Shown here: positions 62,710 to 64,000 of the stretch, piece after piece | Numbering within the stretch: position 1 is the stretch's first letter | Layout: the number at the start of each line of letters is the position of its first letter | Assembly: GCF_009834535.1 (NCBI RefSeq) | Contig: NC_045698.1 | Span: 9,736,001 to 9,800,000 of the forward strand | Direction of reading: 5' to 3' | From: Camelus ferus | Lineage: Eukaryota | DNA length: 64,000 bases | The notes under the pieces: generated by a model | Seen by the model: the letters and a program-made list of their open reading frames with translations, nothing else | What the model was told of the DNA's origin: nothing | Database searches by the model: none | Made by a program: the position numbers and the translations under genes

Positions 62710-64000
62710 CTGCCATGGAGACAGACATCCAGCACGTAAAAAATTAGACGGCTACTAATATATATGTAACTAGTGCCCAGGGGCTTCTGAAAGGGCCCAC
62801 AACTTTACAATTCCATATATAGGAAACTTTTTTTTTTCACTGCCAGGAAACCAAGAAGAAATTTTAAAAAGAAATATCTATTAGATGACCAGCTGATTTT
62901 TCATCCCAGGTGGGAGAGAACAGGCAGCCATTAATTCACAGAAAAATCTAAAATGCATGGTCACAACCACACAGCCTTCCAAACGGCAACTGCACTGCCT
63001 GGGAAATATTCACTTACTGCCAATCTAAGACCCGCACACACACACACACGGACACACATGAACACACGGACATGGACACACACAGACATGTGTACCCATA
63101 CACAACCATCATATTCTCTGTCTCAAAAAAGAAAAAAAACTAGACTTCTGTTTTAAAGCTTTCTGTCTTTTCCATCAAAGGATCTATCCATCCATCCAGC
63201 CAGCCATTCATCTCCATCTCATAAGGATATATTGAGAGTCTTTTGTGGGTCAGATATGATGCCAGACTGAGTTGCTTTATCCTAAGGAAATTCAGCAAGA
63301 GGAAGGAGACTCTTCTAAACCCCATACTTACCATGTTTATTTAGGTAATTATCAGTATATCTTGGGCATTTTTATTGCTTTATAAATATTTCGACCCCTG
63401 TTAGACATGAATGACTGCTTTTCTGATACTGTAATGAACGGGGCTCATGAAGGCTGATCGCAACATTGATTTTCTCCAAGCAAGTGATCAGAGTTTCTTC
63501 CAGGGGAAATTATTCCCTTGGTGAGATTTCCTTGAGGTCAGTCTACAGTACTAGCAGCCAAAATGACCTGTTTCATGGAAAATAATAGGATGCTGAAGAA
63601 ACAAAATGCTAGAGGTTTTCTTTTGAAAACCAGCTAGAAAGGGCAATATTTAAAAAATGATTGCTCTGTGACAAAAAATGTCTTTCACTCAGTCCAGGTC
63701 ATTTCTTAAGTAAGCCACTTACTTTTTGCTTTTATCGAAGATTTAAACATGTTATCGGGTAAATCTTTTCACAATATTTGCTAAAATGTCTCAAAAATTA
63801 ACTTTCATAATTATCAGTTTTGCTTAGAAGTTACTTGCATAGTAAAAAGATAAATCCATTTTCAAAAGCCTTGAGATGAGGAAGCTGCAGAGTTAATGAT
63901 ATAACTACAGACTCCCTGAAATTAAGAAGGCCTGAATTTTAGGGTGCGCATTAAATTGCATAACACTTTTTAAATAATTCTCGCTTTACTCTAAGAATAC

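Noticed and set aside
1..64000. Prokaryote-style systems (CRISPR array, operon, defence island) or a novel multi-gene system
   Set aside because: The sequence is repeat-rich mammalian DNA; I saw no regularly spaced repeat-spacer array, no long intronless ORFs and no second protein-coding gene.

Overview
Mammalian (eutherian) genomic DNA, most likely camelid: a tRNA-Ala(AGC)-derived SINE and artiodactyl-type L1 3' tails are present, and I saw no Alu, Bov-tA, PRE1 or SINEC copies. The right-hand ~14 kb holds the last four coding exons of the axonemal outer-arm dynein heavy chain gene DNAH5 on the minus strand (62497-62709, 60082-60234, 59435-59666, 51702-51853). All splice sites seen are GT/AG, the reading frame joins cleanly and ends ...VALLCDVK*, and a 3' UTR with several candidate poly(A) signals follows. 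The other ~50 kb is intergenic DNA downstream of DNAH5, made largely of old repeats (L2, MIR, L1M, MLT1/MLT2, LTR33-, MER67-, MER5-like) plus a few younger inserts (truncated L1 tails, one SINE, a 571-bp solo LTR with a perfect 4-bp TSD). Nearly all ORFs in the supplied track are spurious. I found no convincing novel multi-gene system. The best candidates for a second look are: an exact 30-bp templated insertion copied from 1.6 kb away, a CpG-rich CCAAT/TATA promoter-like patch convergent on DNAH5, a CpG-rich CTCF-like site in a MIR, RFX X-box-like motifs and the solo LTR. Repeat family names are from recall of consensus sequences; boundaries without a TSD are approximate.
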